Shown here: one piece after another, positions 26,601 through 38,085 of the stretch
Layout: the number at the start of each line of letters is the position of its first letter
Position numbering within the stretch: position 1 is the stretch's first letter
Assembly: GCA_002269645.1 (NCBI GenBank)
Contig: NIVC01000976.1
Location: 62,001 to 126,000 of the forward strand
DNA length: 64,000 nucleotides
DNA from: Macrostomum lignano
Lineage: Eukaryota
Direction of reading: 5' to 3'
The notes under the pieces: generated by a model
The model's input: the letters and a program-made list of their open reading frames with translations, nothing else
Told to the model about the DNA's origin: nothing
Databases searched by the model: none
Translations under genes and position numbers: made by a program

Positions 26601-29600
26601 TCGAAATCGCAAGATGGTGTGGGGCCAGTTCTGGTCCGCTCATCAGCGATTCTTCAAGCACCTGTGCGTCTCCGCCAAGATTGATCGATGCGTTGAGGTA
26701 AGAGTTTTTCTTTACAGACTACTGACTGAAGTGCTGTAGAAATACCGGAGCTTTTCTTTACAGACTACTAACAAATAGAAATATCGAAGCTTTTCCTTAC
26801 AGACTACTAACAAGTAGAAATACCGAAGCTTTTCCTTACAGACTACTAACAAGTAGAAATACCGAAGCTCTTCCTTACAGACTACTAACAAGTAGAAATA
26901 CCGAAGCTTTTCCTTACAGACTACTAACAAGTAGAAATACCGAAGCTTTTCCTTACAGACTACTAACAAGTAGAAATACCAGAGCTTTTCCTTACAGACT
27001 ACTAACAAGTAGAAATACCGAAGCTTTTCCTTACAGACTACTAACAAGTAGAAATACCGAAGCTTTTCCTTACAGACTACTAACAAGTAGAAATGCCGTA
27101 GCTTTTCTTTACAGACTACTAACAAGTAGAAATGCCGTAGCTTTTCTTTACAGACTAACAAATAGAAATATCGACTCATTGGTCGGCGTTTCTAGTCACA
27201 TGTGTAAGCGACTGAGTATTTTGTACTAGTGGAGTTGCCCTGAGCTCACAATGTCGCCCCGCTACGCGCCTTCCGCAACAGCTGGCCACGGAGGCGGTGG
27301 AGGCCGGCCACTGCGTGGTCATCGGTCTGCAGTCCACTGGAGAGGCGCGCACCACCGAGATGCTGGAGGAGGCGCAGGGCGATCTCAGCGATTTCGTATC
27401 CACAGCCAAAGGCGTGTTCCAGTCTCTGGTTGAGAAGCACTTTCCGAGCGTGGACCTGTCGCTCATGGACCTGTTCGAGGGTGACGACACTATCGGCGAG
27501 ATCCTGGGCAGTCGGTGGGTTCGGCAGCATCGGCTGCCTGCTGGCGACGGCGCCGGCAGCGGCAGCGAGTCCGGCGCCGCGCCGCCGCGCGAAGTCACCG
27601 GCGAAGATCGGCGACGGGCGGCGCAGCTGAAAGCGGATTTGCTGCGAGCTGTCGAAGCCTTAGACGAGCAGTTGCCAAAGAATGCGCTGGACGAACTCAT
27701 CGACAGGCTGGGCGGCCCAGCGGTGGTAGCCGAAATGACCGGACGGCGTGGCCGAGTTGTTGCCGACGATGCCGGACAGGTAGTTTAAATTTCCGGCGAG
27801 AAATAATCGATTCTTTATACCCCTGGTTCTTCAGGCTCCCACCTGGTCCTTCCTCTTGGCGCCTGGCCCTTCCTGGTCCTCCCACCTGGTCCTTCCTCTT
27901 GGCGCCTGGCCCTTCCTGGTCCTCCCACCTGGTCCTTCCTCTTGGCGCCTGGCCCTTCCTGGTCCTCCCACCTGGTCCTTCCTCTTGGCGCCTGGCCCTT
28001 CCTGGTCCTCCCACCTGGTCCTTCCACCTGGTCCTTCCAACCGGTCCTTCCTTCCACCTGGTCCTCAGACCTGGTCCTCAGACCTGGTCTCTCCTTCAGA
28101 CCTGGTCCTTCCACCCGGTCCTTCCACCCGGTCCTTCCTCCCACCTGGTACTCCCACCTGGTCTTTCGGGGAAATCGCTGGCGTTCACACCTGTGTATTT
28201 TGTTAAGGAAAGTAACGCTCCATTGTAGTTATAATAAATTCCCCTCTGTATCCCACAGGTTACATATGAAAGCCGCCGCGAGACTGAGCTATCGATGGAG
28301 CTGATTAACCTGACCGAAAAGCAGCGCTTTATGGACGGAGACAAACTGATTGCGGTGATCTCAGAGGCTGCCTCTAGCGGTATCAGCCTGCAGGTGGGTT
28401 TGAGTCTGTCTGTCTGTCTGTCTGTCTCTCTGTTATCCATCTACATTATACTACTCAGTGATCAGCTCCAATAAGTAGTTCTGATGCGCATTTTCCATCA
28501 CTGCCAAACCCAGGCGGACAAGCGCGCCCTGAACCAGCGCCGCCGGGTGCACATCACCCTGGAGCTGCCCTGGAGCGCCGATCGGGCCATCCAGCAGTTC
28601 GGGCGCACCCACCGCTCCAACCAGGTGTCGGCGCCCCGCTACGTGTTCCTCATCTCCGAGCTGGCCGGCGAGCGCCGTTTCGCCGCCTCCGTTGCTAAGC
28701 GGCTGGAAAGCCTCGGCGCCCTGACTCACGGCGACAGGCGAGCTGGCGAGAGTCGCGACCTGTCCCGCTTCAACCTGGACAACCGGTTCGGCCGCCTGGC
28801 CCTGGAGACGGCGGTCAAGTCAGCCATTGGCATGGAGGAGCCGATCGCCGAAGTACCCGTCGATCTGTGGTTCGACTTCCCGCAGGCTCTGGTCAGCATG
28901 GGCATGGTTGGCAAGCAGCCAAACGGCTACTACTTGGACAGGGAGTACAACTACATTCCCAAGTTCCTGAACCGCCTGCTCGGCCTGGAGGTGGCCTTGC
29001 AGAACGCGCTGTTCCAGTACTTTGCCGACACTCTGGCCGAGGTGACGCTGAAAGCGAAACGGGAAGGCAAACTGGATATCGGCATTGCCGACCTGGGCGT
29101 CAAGGGGGAGAGTTTGCAGGTGAGGGGCTCAACTCTGCATTCTGGAGTGGATTTTTGTGCAGCAATAAAGTGGGTTGCTGTAGTAGAGTTGCTGTAGTAT
29201 TACTGTAGCTGTAGTAGAGTTGCTGTAGAAGAGTAGCTGTAGTGGACTTGTTGTAGTGGAGTAGCTGTAGTGGAGTTGCTGTAGTAGAGTGGCTGTAGTG
29301 GAGTGGCTGTAGTGGAGTGGCTGTAGTGGGGTGGTTGTAGTAGAATTGCTGTAGTAGATTTGCTGTAGTGGAGTTGCTGTAGTGGAGTGGCTGTTGTAGA
29401 GTGGCTGTAGTGGAGTAGCTGTAGTGGAGTGGCTGTAGTAGAGTGGCTGTAGTGGAGTGGCTGCAGTGGAGTGGCTGTAGTGGGGTGGTTGTAGTAGATT
29501 TGCTGTAGTGGAGTTGCTGTAGTGGAGTTGCTTTAGTGGAGTTGCTGTAGTGGAGTTGCCGCAGCGGTGCTGCAGCTGAATCACAAAGCCGATCCTCCCC

Positions 29601-30853
29601 CCCTATCGCCCCAGATCGAAGACACCGAGTCCTACGAGACGCGCTACTTCGGCGACTGCTGCCAGGTGCACCTGCACACGGTGCGGGCGGAGCGCGGCCT
29701 GTCGTGGCACCGGGCCTCCGAGATTTTCTACCTGCACGAGAGGCCGCACGACGGTTTTTACCTGCCTAAGCAGGCGGCCGCCTCCGGCTTGAAGCAGCCG
29801 CTGCTGGCCGTGGCGCCGTCCAGGAAGCAGCGCAACAAACGGCGCCGACTTGAAGGTGGCGGCTCCTCTTCCACGGCGGCCGATGAGGCGGCCGCGCTGA
29901 TGCGGCTGTACAGGCCGAGCACCGGGCAGCAGGCCAGGCTGGAGGACCTCATCCGCCTGCAGGAGCGCTGGCAGCGGACGACGGACTTGGAGCTGGTCAA
30001 GCGGCTGTGGGAGCAGGTGGGTGTCCTGGTCGGTTTTGTAGTCCATGAGTGAGGCCAGTTTCTAGTGCTGGCCAAGCGGCTGTGGGAGCAGGTGGGTGTC
30101 CTGGTCGGTTTTGTAGTCCATGAGTGAGGCCAGTTTCTAGTGCTGGCCAAGCGGCTGTGGGAGCAGGTGGGTGTCCTGGTCGGTTTTGTAGTCCATGAGT
30201 GAGGCCAGTTTCTAGTGCTGGCCACCTTGCTCACACTCATGAGGGCCAAGCCCCAGGATGCAGACAGTGTACATGTCTGACAGTCAGGGCCGATGTACAC
30301 CCCGTGTGAGCGTGTGTGTGAGTGCTTGCCTGCGTGCAGTATTGGCGCGCTTGCATGTGCTCAGGAGCCAGCGGAATGGCCAGAATTGCTGATTGTGAGA
30401 CGATTTCGCCGAAGGAGCCTCCTTTTAAGCAGCTTTAGGGAGTCTGAGTCATTTGAGTTTGGCCGGCAGCTATGGTTTGCGTATTGTCTGATGGTGTATT
30501 CCTTCTGGTTCTGACGATGATTCAGCACCTGTCTGCAGTTAGTAATCAGACACTGGCCTCCCGCCCAGGTGTACGAGCGGTCGCGCAGCCAGTGCGCCCA
30601 CGCCATCAGCTCGGCCAGCGGCTTGTGCGGCCGTCAGGCGGCCACCGGCAAGCCCTGCGAGGTTGGCCTTCGAGTCCGAGTTTACCACCTGCTGGCCGGC
30701 TCAGTGCTGAGCGTCTGGCCAACACTGGAGCGGGTCTGCCGCAACATGCAGCTGGTGCGCATGCGGGCCAGCGATGGCAAGCGGATTGTGGGAGTCCTGG
30801 TGCCGCCCGAGTCTGTGGGACCTGTTCACTCCTGTCTGAGCCAGATGCAGTGA
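20674..30853 (+). CDS. SBNO1: Strawberry notch homolog (SBNO1/2-like DExD/H helicase-like nuclear protein), 9 exons
   Basis: Exons 20674-21752, 22541-22904, 24283-24801, 26470-26697, 27282-27779, 28259-28393, 28514-29119, 29615-30016 and 30569-30853, all GT-AG with consistent phases. Motifs [83 protein letters not shown]. Confidence 0.95.
21790..22340. repeat. 32 bp minisatellite, SBNO intron 1
   Basis: Unit gagtcagacataatttgtcagtctatgtgaat, about 17 copies. Confidence 0.95.
23020..24250. repeat. 20-22 bp minisatellite, SBNO intron 2
   Basis: Unit agatctagaatccaaatcccac. Confidence 0.95.
24820..25265. repeat. 21 bp minisatellite, SBNO intron 3 (5' part)
   Basis: Unit actctactcggtctcacctgt. 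Confidence 0.95.
25290..26410. repeat. 23 bp minisatellite, SBNO intron 3 (3' part)
   Basis: Unit tatagccaatctagtctcagccc. Confidence 0.95.
26705..27175. repeat. 39 bp minisatellite, SBNO intron 4
   Basis: Unit agtagaaataccgaagcttttccttacagactactaaca, about 12 copies. Confidence 0.95.
27835..28165. repeat. 43 bp pyrimidine-rich minisatellite, SBNO intron 5
   Basis: Unit cctggtccttcctcttggcgcctggcccttcctggtcctccca, decaying into cctggtcct sub-units. Confidence 0.9.
29165..29555. repeat. 14 bp minisatellite, SBNO intron 7
   Basis: Unit ggctgtagtggagt. Confidence 0.9.
29998..30224. repeat. 75 bp triplication spanning the SBNO exon 8 donor site
   Basis: gcggctgtgggagcag|gtgggtgtcc... starts at 30001, 30076 and 30151. 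Confidence 0.95.
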
Positions 30854-30949
30854 CTGCCCAGCTAGTTTTGTCCTGCGCTTTTTATTCTATTTTTAAATTC
30901 CTTTCATTACAGTATGGACTATGTACAGTATGGAGTATGACTGATAGGC

Positions 30950-31465
30950 AAAGTAGGCAGCCTCTCAGACTGATAGGCAAAGTAGGCAGCCTCTAAGATT
31001 GGTAGACAACCTCACAGATTGGTAGACAGCCTCACAAATTGGTAGACAGCCTCACAGATTGGTAGACAACCTCACAGATTGGTAGGCAACCTCACAGATT
31101 GGGAGGCAACCTCACAGATTGGTAGACAGCCTCACAGATTGGTAGGCAACCTCACAGATTGGTAGGCAACCTCACAGATTGGTAGACAGCCTCACAGATT
31201 GGTAGACAGCCTCACAAATTGGTAGACAACCTCACAGATTGGTAGGCAACCTCACAGATTGGTAGACAGCCTCACAGATTGGTAGGCAACCTCACAGATT
31301 GGTAGACAACCACACAGATTAGTAGGCAACCTCACAGATTGGTAGACAGCCTCACAGATTGATAGACAGCCTCACAGATTAGTAGACAACCTCACAGATT
31401 GATAGACAGCCTCACAGATTGGTAGGCAACCTCACAGATTAGTAGACAACCTCACAGATTGGTAG
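30950..31465. repeat. 20 bp minisatellite downstream of SBNO
   Basis: Unit ggtagacaacctcacagatt. Confidence 0.95.
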
Positions 31466-32109
31466 CCAGAGAGTTCGGAGAGCTGCCAGTCTGTCATTAT
31501 TATCTTATTCCGTCAGTTTCCTATCAGTTTTACTATCTGTAATAATTACATGCGGATCCGCGGCATCTGTGGCTAAAGTGCAATTCCCACATTGTACAAG
31601 CGAGTCCTCGTAGATGCGGCGCCCTACTGATTCAGATTTGTCTACAAACTCTGTTATCCTTTGTTATATTCAATGCCCAGCTTCCTCTGTTGCAGCATTT
31701 ATCAGTCCTTCATCTGCCGCCCTAACATACTGAGCCTTGGGTTTCAATATTTTTAAAGTCGCGCAAATCCAACAGCCAGTGCTTGGTTAAGAGCAAGCGC
31801 TGCGCTTTGTACAGTTGGAAATCAATCAGCCTTGAAGCTCTCCTTTGTTTTGTATTCCACCTCAAATTCATAATAATATGTTACGGTATTATTCTTAAGA
31901 TTGCTACTTTGCTTTGTTACCGTTTGCAAATTCGTAATTTCAAATACAGGGATTTGGTATGCAACTTTCAATGTGTTTGCTCTCCGACTTTGGCTTGCAT
32001 ATTTGTAACAGTGACTGCACACTGTGTGTAACAGTGACTGCAAACTGTGTGTAAGTGACTGCACATTGTGTGTAACAGTGACTGCACACTGTGTGTAACA
32101 GTGACTGCA

Positions 32110-33510
32110 ACAACAACAACAAAACAAAATACGCTGTCATGATGGTAAAAGTCAGCGTCACAGGGCGCGCTTCATGGCTTGGGCGCGAACAAAGGCCGCG
32201 CCACCGGCAGTGTCCGGGGCGCCGGCGTCAGCCAGCAGACAGTCGACATAACGCCGAGTTCGCGCTTGACCTCGCCGGTAGGGTGCCTGCAGCGTGAGCA
32301 GCAGCACCTCCTGCACCGGCTGTGGGCAGTACGACTCGGCGCGGATGAGATGGCCTGCGAGCTGGAGTCGCCGACGGCGCAGTAGATCACTTGGACGTGG
32401 CAGGCCAGCGCGGCGATAGAGTGCCGCGTTGGTGACTCGCTCGACGCCGATGTTGAAGGCGGCGCGCAGCAGACCAGCGTGCGCCGCATCGACTTGCTGT
32501 TCGAGTGAGTCCGTCAGCGTCCAGGTCTCGGCGTTGTACAGCAGGACGGTCTCGATTACCGCCTGGAACAGCGCCGTCCTCTGGCGGTCCGGTAGGGCCT
32601 CGGACTGCAGGACTGCCCTCACAGAACGAAAGGCAGCCCAGGCAAGCCCGCGGCGGCGTCGCAGGTCCTCGCGAGCGTCTGGAACCAGACCGCCGAGGTA
32701 GACGAACTGCTGACATCGCGGGAGTTCGGTCGCCTGCCCGTCAGCGCCTCGGCAAAATATTGCAGCCTCGATGTCGTCCGGCACGCAGAGCACAACGGTC
32801 TTCTGCGTGTTGACCACCAGGCCGACACTCGCCGCAACGGCAACCAGCCTGTCCAGCTGCCGTTGGGCGCCCTCGACGGTCGAGGACAGCAGGGCGAGGT
32901 CGTCGGCGTAGCCAAGCACGCTGAGCCGCTTCTCCGGTTGACGTCGACCCACGCGTCGCTGCAGCAGAAAACCGTCGTCGTCGGTAGGCTTGAAGACCAT
33001 CGAGGCATCTGCCTTCAGTCCTGTGCAGCGAAGCTGTTCAACCGGATGCTGCTTTCGCGGTTGCAGCCCGTGCTGGATCCGTACCTGCGCCCAGAGCAGA
33101 ACGGGTTCCGGCCCCATCGCGGCACAGTGGCGCAGATCCTGGCTCTTCGCCGAGTCATCGAGGAGGCGCGGATTCGTCAGTCGATACTGATTTTAATCTT
33201 CATTGATTTCAAGAAGGCATTCGACTCGGTTGTCAGAGCCGTGCTTCCAATGGTGCTCCGCGCGTACAACGTGCCTGAGCAGCTGATCTCCGCCGTCATG
33301 GCGATGTACCGTGATACGACAGCTGCTGTGACAACACCGGACGGCCTATCGGACTCCTTTGAGACATCCTCCGGAGTGCTTCAGGGAGATACGCTGGCGC
33401 CGTTTCTGTTCGTCCTGGTGCTTGACTGGGTGCTGCGGACTGCTCTTCCTACCGACGACGACGGTTTTCTGCTGCAGCGACGCGTGGGTCGACGTCAACC
33501 GGAGAAGCGG
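32110..33510 (-). mobile_element. RTE-clade LINE insertion with 5' inversion
   Basis: The 3' part lies on the - strand (32988-32110: YADDL, NTQKT, FVYLGG, LLYNAETW, stop at 32160-32158, TTG-repeat tail). The 5' RT part lies on the + strand (32989-33510: RGICL, EQNGFR, FIDFKKAFDSV, GVLQGDTLAPFLF). TSD CAGTGACTGCA at 32099-32109 and 33512-33522. Confidence 0.92.
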
Positions 33511-33511
33511 T

Positions 33512-33760
33512 CAGTGACTGCACACTGTGTGTAACAGTGACTGCACATTGTGTGTAACAGTGACTGCACACTGTGTGTAACAGTGACTGCACACTGTGTG
33601 TAACAGTGACTGCACACTGTGTGTAACAGTGACTGCACACTGTGTGTAACAGTGACTGCGCACTGTGTGTAACAGTGACTGCACACTGTGTGTAAAAGTG
33701 ACTGCACACTGTGTGTAAAAGTGACTGCACACTGTGTGTAAAAGTGACCGCAAACTGTAC
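33512..33760. repeat. 23 bp minisatellite (LINE target; other part at about 32005-32109)
   Basis: Unit acagtgactgcacactgtgtgta on both sides of the LINE. Confidence 0.95.
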
Positions 33761-33776
33761 ACCGGCCATTCCAGCC

Positions 33777-36700
33777 ATGGTCAAGCAATGGCCGCTGGCT
33801 GTCGCAATTCAGAGCCTGCTTGATCTGCTGCTGTCCCTGGTCTGGCCAATGTTCAAGTGGTTGCTAACCAAATTCTCTGGCCGGTGCGAACTGCTGCGCA
33901 TTGTGCTGCGCTATCCGAGCGGCGCCGAGCGCATCTGCAAGCTGGGTAAAGTTTCGCTTGACAACAACTTGTACCTTTGGGTTTATGTGCTCCGTTGTGG
34001 AACACATAATGAATATAGGTCTCTGCATGTGGCAATCTCACTGGCACACTGGTGCCCATCTAGAGACACTGGTACCCATTTAGAGACAAACAGCAAACAT
34101 CTAGAGACACACTAGTATCCATCTAGACGCACACTGGTATTCATCTAGAGGCACACTAGTATCCATCTAGAGACACACTAGTATCCATCTAGAGACACAC
34201 TAGTATCCATCTAGAGACACACTAGTATCCATCTAGAGACACTAGTATCCATCTAGAGACACACTGGTATTCATCTAGAGACACACTAGTATCCATCTAG
34301 ATGCATTGGTCCCGCTGGCACCAGTGCTCACTTTAGAAACTGGCATCTCCATTAAAATATTCTGTAATTCCTCTGTGAAACTTTAGGCCCTTTTAATCTA
34401 TGTACAAATCTCAGCTGCTGTAGAGCAAATTTATTAATGAGGTTTTTCCCCTGAAATTCTTTCTCAGAGCTGGCCATCCGCGCCTCCGGATGCCCCGCCG
34501 TGCGGGCGCTGCTGCCGGCAGTTCAGCCAGCACTGTAGAGAAAATAAGACTAAAAACACTAGAAATAAATTAGATGTTAAATTGAATACTAAGATAAGCC
34601 AGTAAGTGGGCGCAGGGCCCAAACAAGTATATTTATATGACTAATTTAGAGGGGGGTTGACTCCAGATAATAAGGAGAGGGGTGAAGTGCGCGACTGAAG
34701 AGAGAGGCGAGAATGGAGAGCCAATCAGAAGGCAGCAAGGGAGAGAGAGATAAGAATAACAAGATTGAGCTGGACAGAGAAGAGAGAAAACAGAGTAAAC
34801 AGAGACAAGTGAAGGTGAACTAAAGAAATGACTAGGAAAGTCGCGACACTCCCCCCAAAAAATGGAACATTTTTTGAATTTTCGAGTACCATTACCAATT
34901 GAAATTAATGAGTTAGAATTAGGTCGAATTAAATTGAAAAACACATTCACAATAAATGGTGTATAAAACGATTTGAAAAATACATAATGACTAAGAATTT
35001 GAATACAAAAACAGTAGAGTGAATGCAAAATATTAAGAGCGAATTTTAAACTTTAGATTTTTAATGAGTAGTTTTTGAACCAATGAGAAGACTGAAAAGA
35101 CTAAATATATCCACCCTCCCCCTTAAAAATTAGCAATTTTTAATTGTAAATGGCTAGTACAGTTTAGAGAAAACATTAACATTGTCAGTTGAGTAAGAGA
35201 GCTGAGATGAGAGAGATGAGATGAGATGAGAATCAAGTTGATGAAAAGAACAACTGGAGACGACTAGAGACAACTGGAGACACTGACAAGAGAGGAGGGG
35301 ACCGAGTGAAGAAAGTTTGACAAAGACCGGTGAGATTGACTGCCGACACCGACTCCGAAGACGTGACGACGGCCCGAGTTGAATTGTGAATATGCCGCCG
35401 GCACCGACTCCGAAGACGAGACCGACAGCCCGAGTTGAAATGCGAATATGCTGCCGGCACCGACTCCGAAGACGAGACCGACAGCCCGAGTTGAAATGTG
35501 AATATGCTGCCGGCACCGACTCCGAAGACGAGACCGGCAACCAGAGATGAGACGATTGAGAGGCCGGCAGACGAGACGATTGAGAGGCCGGCAACCAGAG
35601 ACGAGACGATTGAGAGGCCGGCAACCAGAGACGAGACGATTGAGGCCGGCAACCAGAGACGAGACGATTGAGAGGCCGGCAACGAGACGATTGAGAGGCC
35701 GGCAACGAGACGATTGAGAGGCCGGCAACGAGACGATTGAGAGGCCGGCAAGCAGAAACGAGACGATTGAGAGGCCGGCAACCAGAGACGAGACGATTGA
35801 GAGGCCGACAAGCAGAGACGAGATGATTGAGAGGCCGGCAACCAGAGACGAGACGATTGAGGCCGGCAACCAGAGATGAGATGATTGAGAGGCCGGCAAC
35901 CAGAGAGGAGACGATTGAGAGGCCGGTAGACGAGACGATTGAGAAGCCGGCAAGCAGAGACGAGACGATTGAGAGGCCGGCAACGAGACGATTGAGAGGC
36001 CGGCAAGCAGAGACGAGACGATTAGGAGTCGATGACGGGATGACGAGATGACTGGTGTAGGGCTACGACTACGACGATGGCATGGCCTTTGCCAGCCTTA
36101 CTGTATTGACTGAATTATTTTCCATTGGGCGCCATGTAGAGAAAATAAGACTAAAAACACTAGAACTAAATTAGATGTTAAATTGAATACTAAGATAAGC
36201 CAGTAAGTGGGCGCAGGGCCCAAACAAGTATATTTATATGACTAATTTAGAGGGGGGTTGACTCCAGATAATAAGGAGAGGGGTGAAGTGCGCGACTGAA
36301 GAGAGAGGCGAGAATGGAGAGCCAATCAGAAGGCAGCAAGGGAGAGAGAGATAAGAATAACAAGATTGAGCTGGACAGAGAAGAGAGAAAACAGAGTAAA
36401 CAGAGACAAGTGAAGGTGAACTAAAGAAATGACTAGGAAAGTCGCGACAAGCACAGCAGGGCGGCGACCGCGGCAAAGACGAGCTGATCTCCGCCGCCCA
36501 AGCTGCCGAGGCCGCTTCGGCCGTGGCGGTGGCCAAGCGCGTGGAGCCGGGCGTGTACCCGCAGTTCGAGTCCGCGCTGGCCGAGGCCGCCATCGCCGTG
36601 GCCAGCCACGACCGACTCTGCCGACGCGCCGACGCCGTCCGACGAGTCGCCTTCAGCAACGACTGCGCCGAGCACAAGGCCAAACTGGCCAAGCTGTGGA

Positions 36701-36784
36701 CCGCCCTCTGCCCGGGACAGCCGCTCTCGGGCCGGATATGCAAGCAGTGGGGCGACATCGGCTTTCAGGTGCGCGGCTCCCGTG

Positions 36785-36827
<43 letters not shown>

Positions 36828-37128
36828 GTCTATTTGTCTGTCTTAGTGTCTGTGTCTGTCTGTTTGTCTGTGTCTCTGTCTGTATGTCTGTGTCTGCTTG
36901 TCTGTCTGTCTGTTTGTGTGTCTGCATGTCTGTCTGTGTCTGTCTGTCTGTCTGTGTCTACTTGTCTGTCTGTCTGTCTGTCTGTCTGTTTCTCTGTCTG
37001 TCTGTCTGTCTGTCTGTCTGTGTGTCTGTCTGTCTGTCTGTCTGTCTGTGTCTGTCTGTTTCTCTGTCTGTCTGTCTGTCTGCTTGTCTCTCTGTCTGCC
37101 TTAGTGTCTGTCTGTCTTAGTGCTTCTG

Positions 37129-37173
<45 letters not shown>

Positions 37174-37697
37174 GCCTTAGTGTCTGTCTGTCTTAGTGCC
37201 TCTGTGTCTGTCTGTCTGTCTGTCTTGAATCCCATGAGCTCTAACAAATCCAGCCGCATGCTCCAAAATCCCGTTGTCAGGGCGACGACCCCCAGACGGA
37301 CTTCCGCGGCATGGGCATGCTGGGCCTGGAGCAGCTGCTGTTCCTGGCCAGCCGCTACCCCAGCCAGGCGGCAGCGGTGCTTAGCCAGAGCCAGCACCCC
37401 GTCAGCGGCTTCCCATTCGCGGTCGCCGGCATCAATATCGGGCACCTGGTCTGGCGACTTCTGGCCGCCCGCAAGTTCCGCAAGCACTTTTACAACCTGG
37501 GCTCCTACGAGCTGGACGACCTGCACCGCCTGTTCTGCTGCCTGTTCCTGCGCTTCGCCGACTTCTGGCAGCGTCAGGGCGCCAGCGTTATGGAGTTCAA
37601 CTCGGTGAAGGCCAAGTTTAAGCGGCTGATTAAGACTGAGGCCGCGCGCTCTGACTGCCTGTTTAGGGCTCCTGAGGAGAGCAGTGAGACTGGGTGA
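33777..37697 (+). CDS. ELMOD2: ELMO domain-containing ARF GAP (ELMOD1/2-like); exon 2 interrupted by an LTR element
   Basis: Exons 33777-33945, 34468-34533 joined to 36455-36768, and 37281-37697. N-terminal [17 protein letters not shown] and GAP signature [23 protein letters not shown]. Removing the insertion and one TSD copy restores the frame (VQPAQQGGD). Paralog assignment (ELMOD1 vs 2) is uncertain. Confidence 0.9.
34060..34305. repeat. 22 bp minisatellite, ELMOD intron 1
   Basis: Unit cactagtatccatctagagaca. Confidence 0.9.
34534..36449 (-). mobile_element. Non-autonomous LTR retrotransposon (TRIM-like), 1916 bp
   Basis: 315 bp LTRs at 34534-34848 and 36135-36449 with TG...CA ends and one mismatch seen by eye. 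5 bp TSD AGCAC at 34529-34533 and 36450-36454. PBS TGGCGCCCAA next to 36135 on the - strand; PPT GGGGGGAG next to 34848. No gag or pol. Confidence 0.95.
36782..37225. repeat. (TCTG)n microsatellite, last ELMOD intron
   Basis: Imperfect tctg array. Confidence 0.95.
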
Positions 37698-37764
37698 TGA
37701 GTGAGTAGTGAGCAGGCATCGCTGGATGATCAGCTAGTGAGAAGTGACACAAATTAGGTGAGCA

Positions 37765-38085
37765 GGTGACACTAGTTAAGTGAGCAGTGACTAGTTAAGT
37801 GAGCAGCTGACACTAGTTAAGTGAGCAGGTGACACTAGTTAAGTAAGCAGGTGACACTAGTTAAGCGAGCAGGTGACACTAGTTAAGTGAGCAGGTGACA
37901 CTAGTTAAGTGAGCAGGTGACACTAGTTAAGTGAGCAGGTGACACTAGTTAAGTGAGCAGGTGACACTAGTTAAGTGAGCAGGTGACACTAGTTAAGTGA
38001 GCAGGTGACACTAGTTAAGTGAGCAGGTGACACTAGTTAAGTGAGCAGGTGACACTAGTTAAGTTAGCAGGTGACACTAGTTAAG
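37765..38085. repeat. 22 bp minisatellite downstream of the ELMOD stop
   Basis: Unit gtgacactagttaagtgagcag. Confidence 0.95.

Noticed and set aside
35154-36051. 240-257 aa ORFs inside the LTR element
   Set aside because: Products of tandem repeats with no gag, zinc knuckle or pol motifs.
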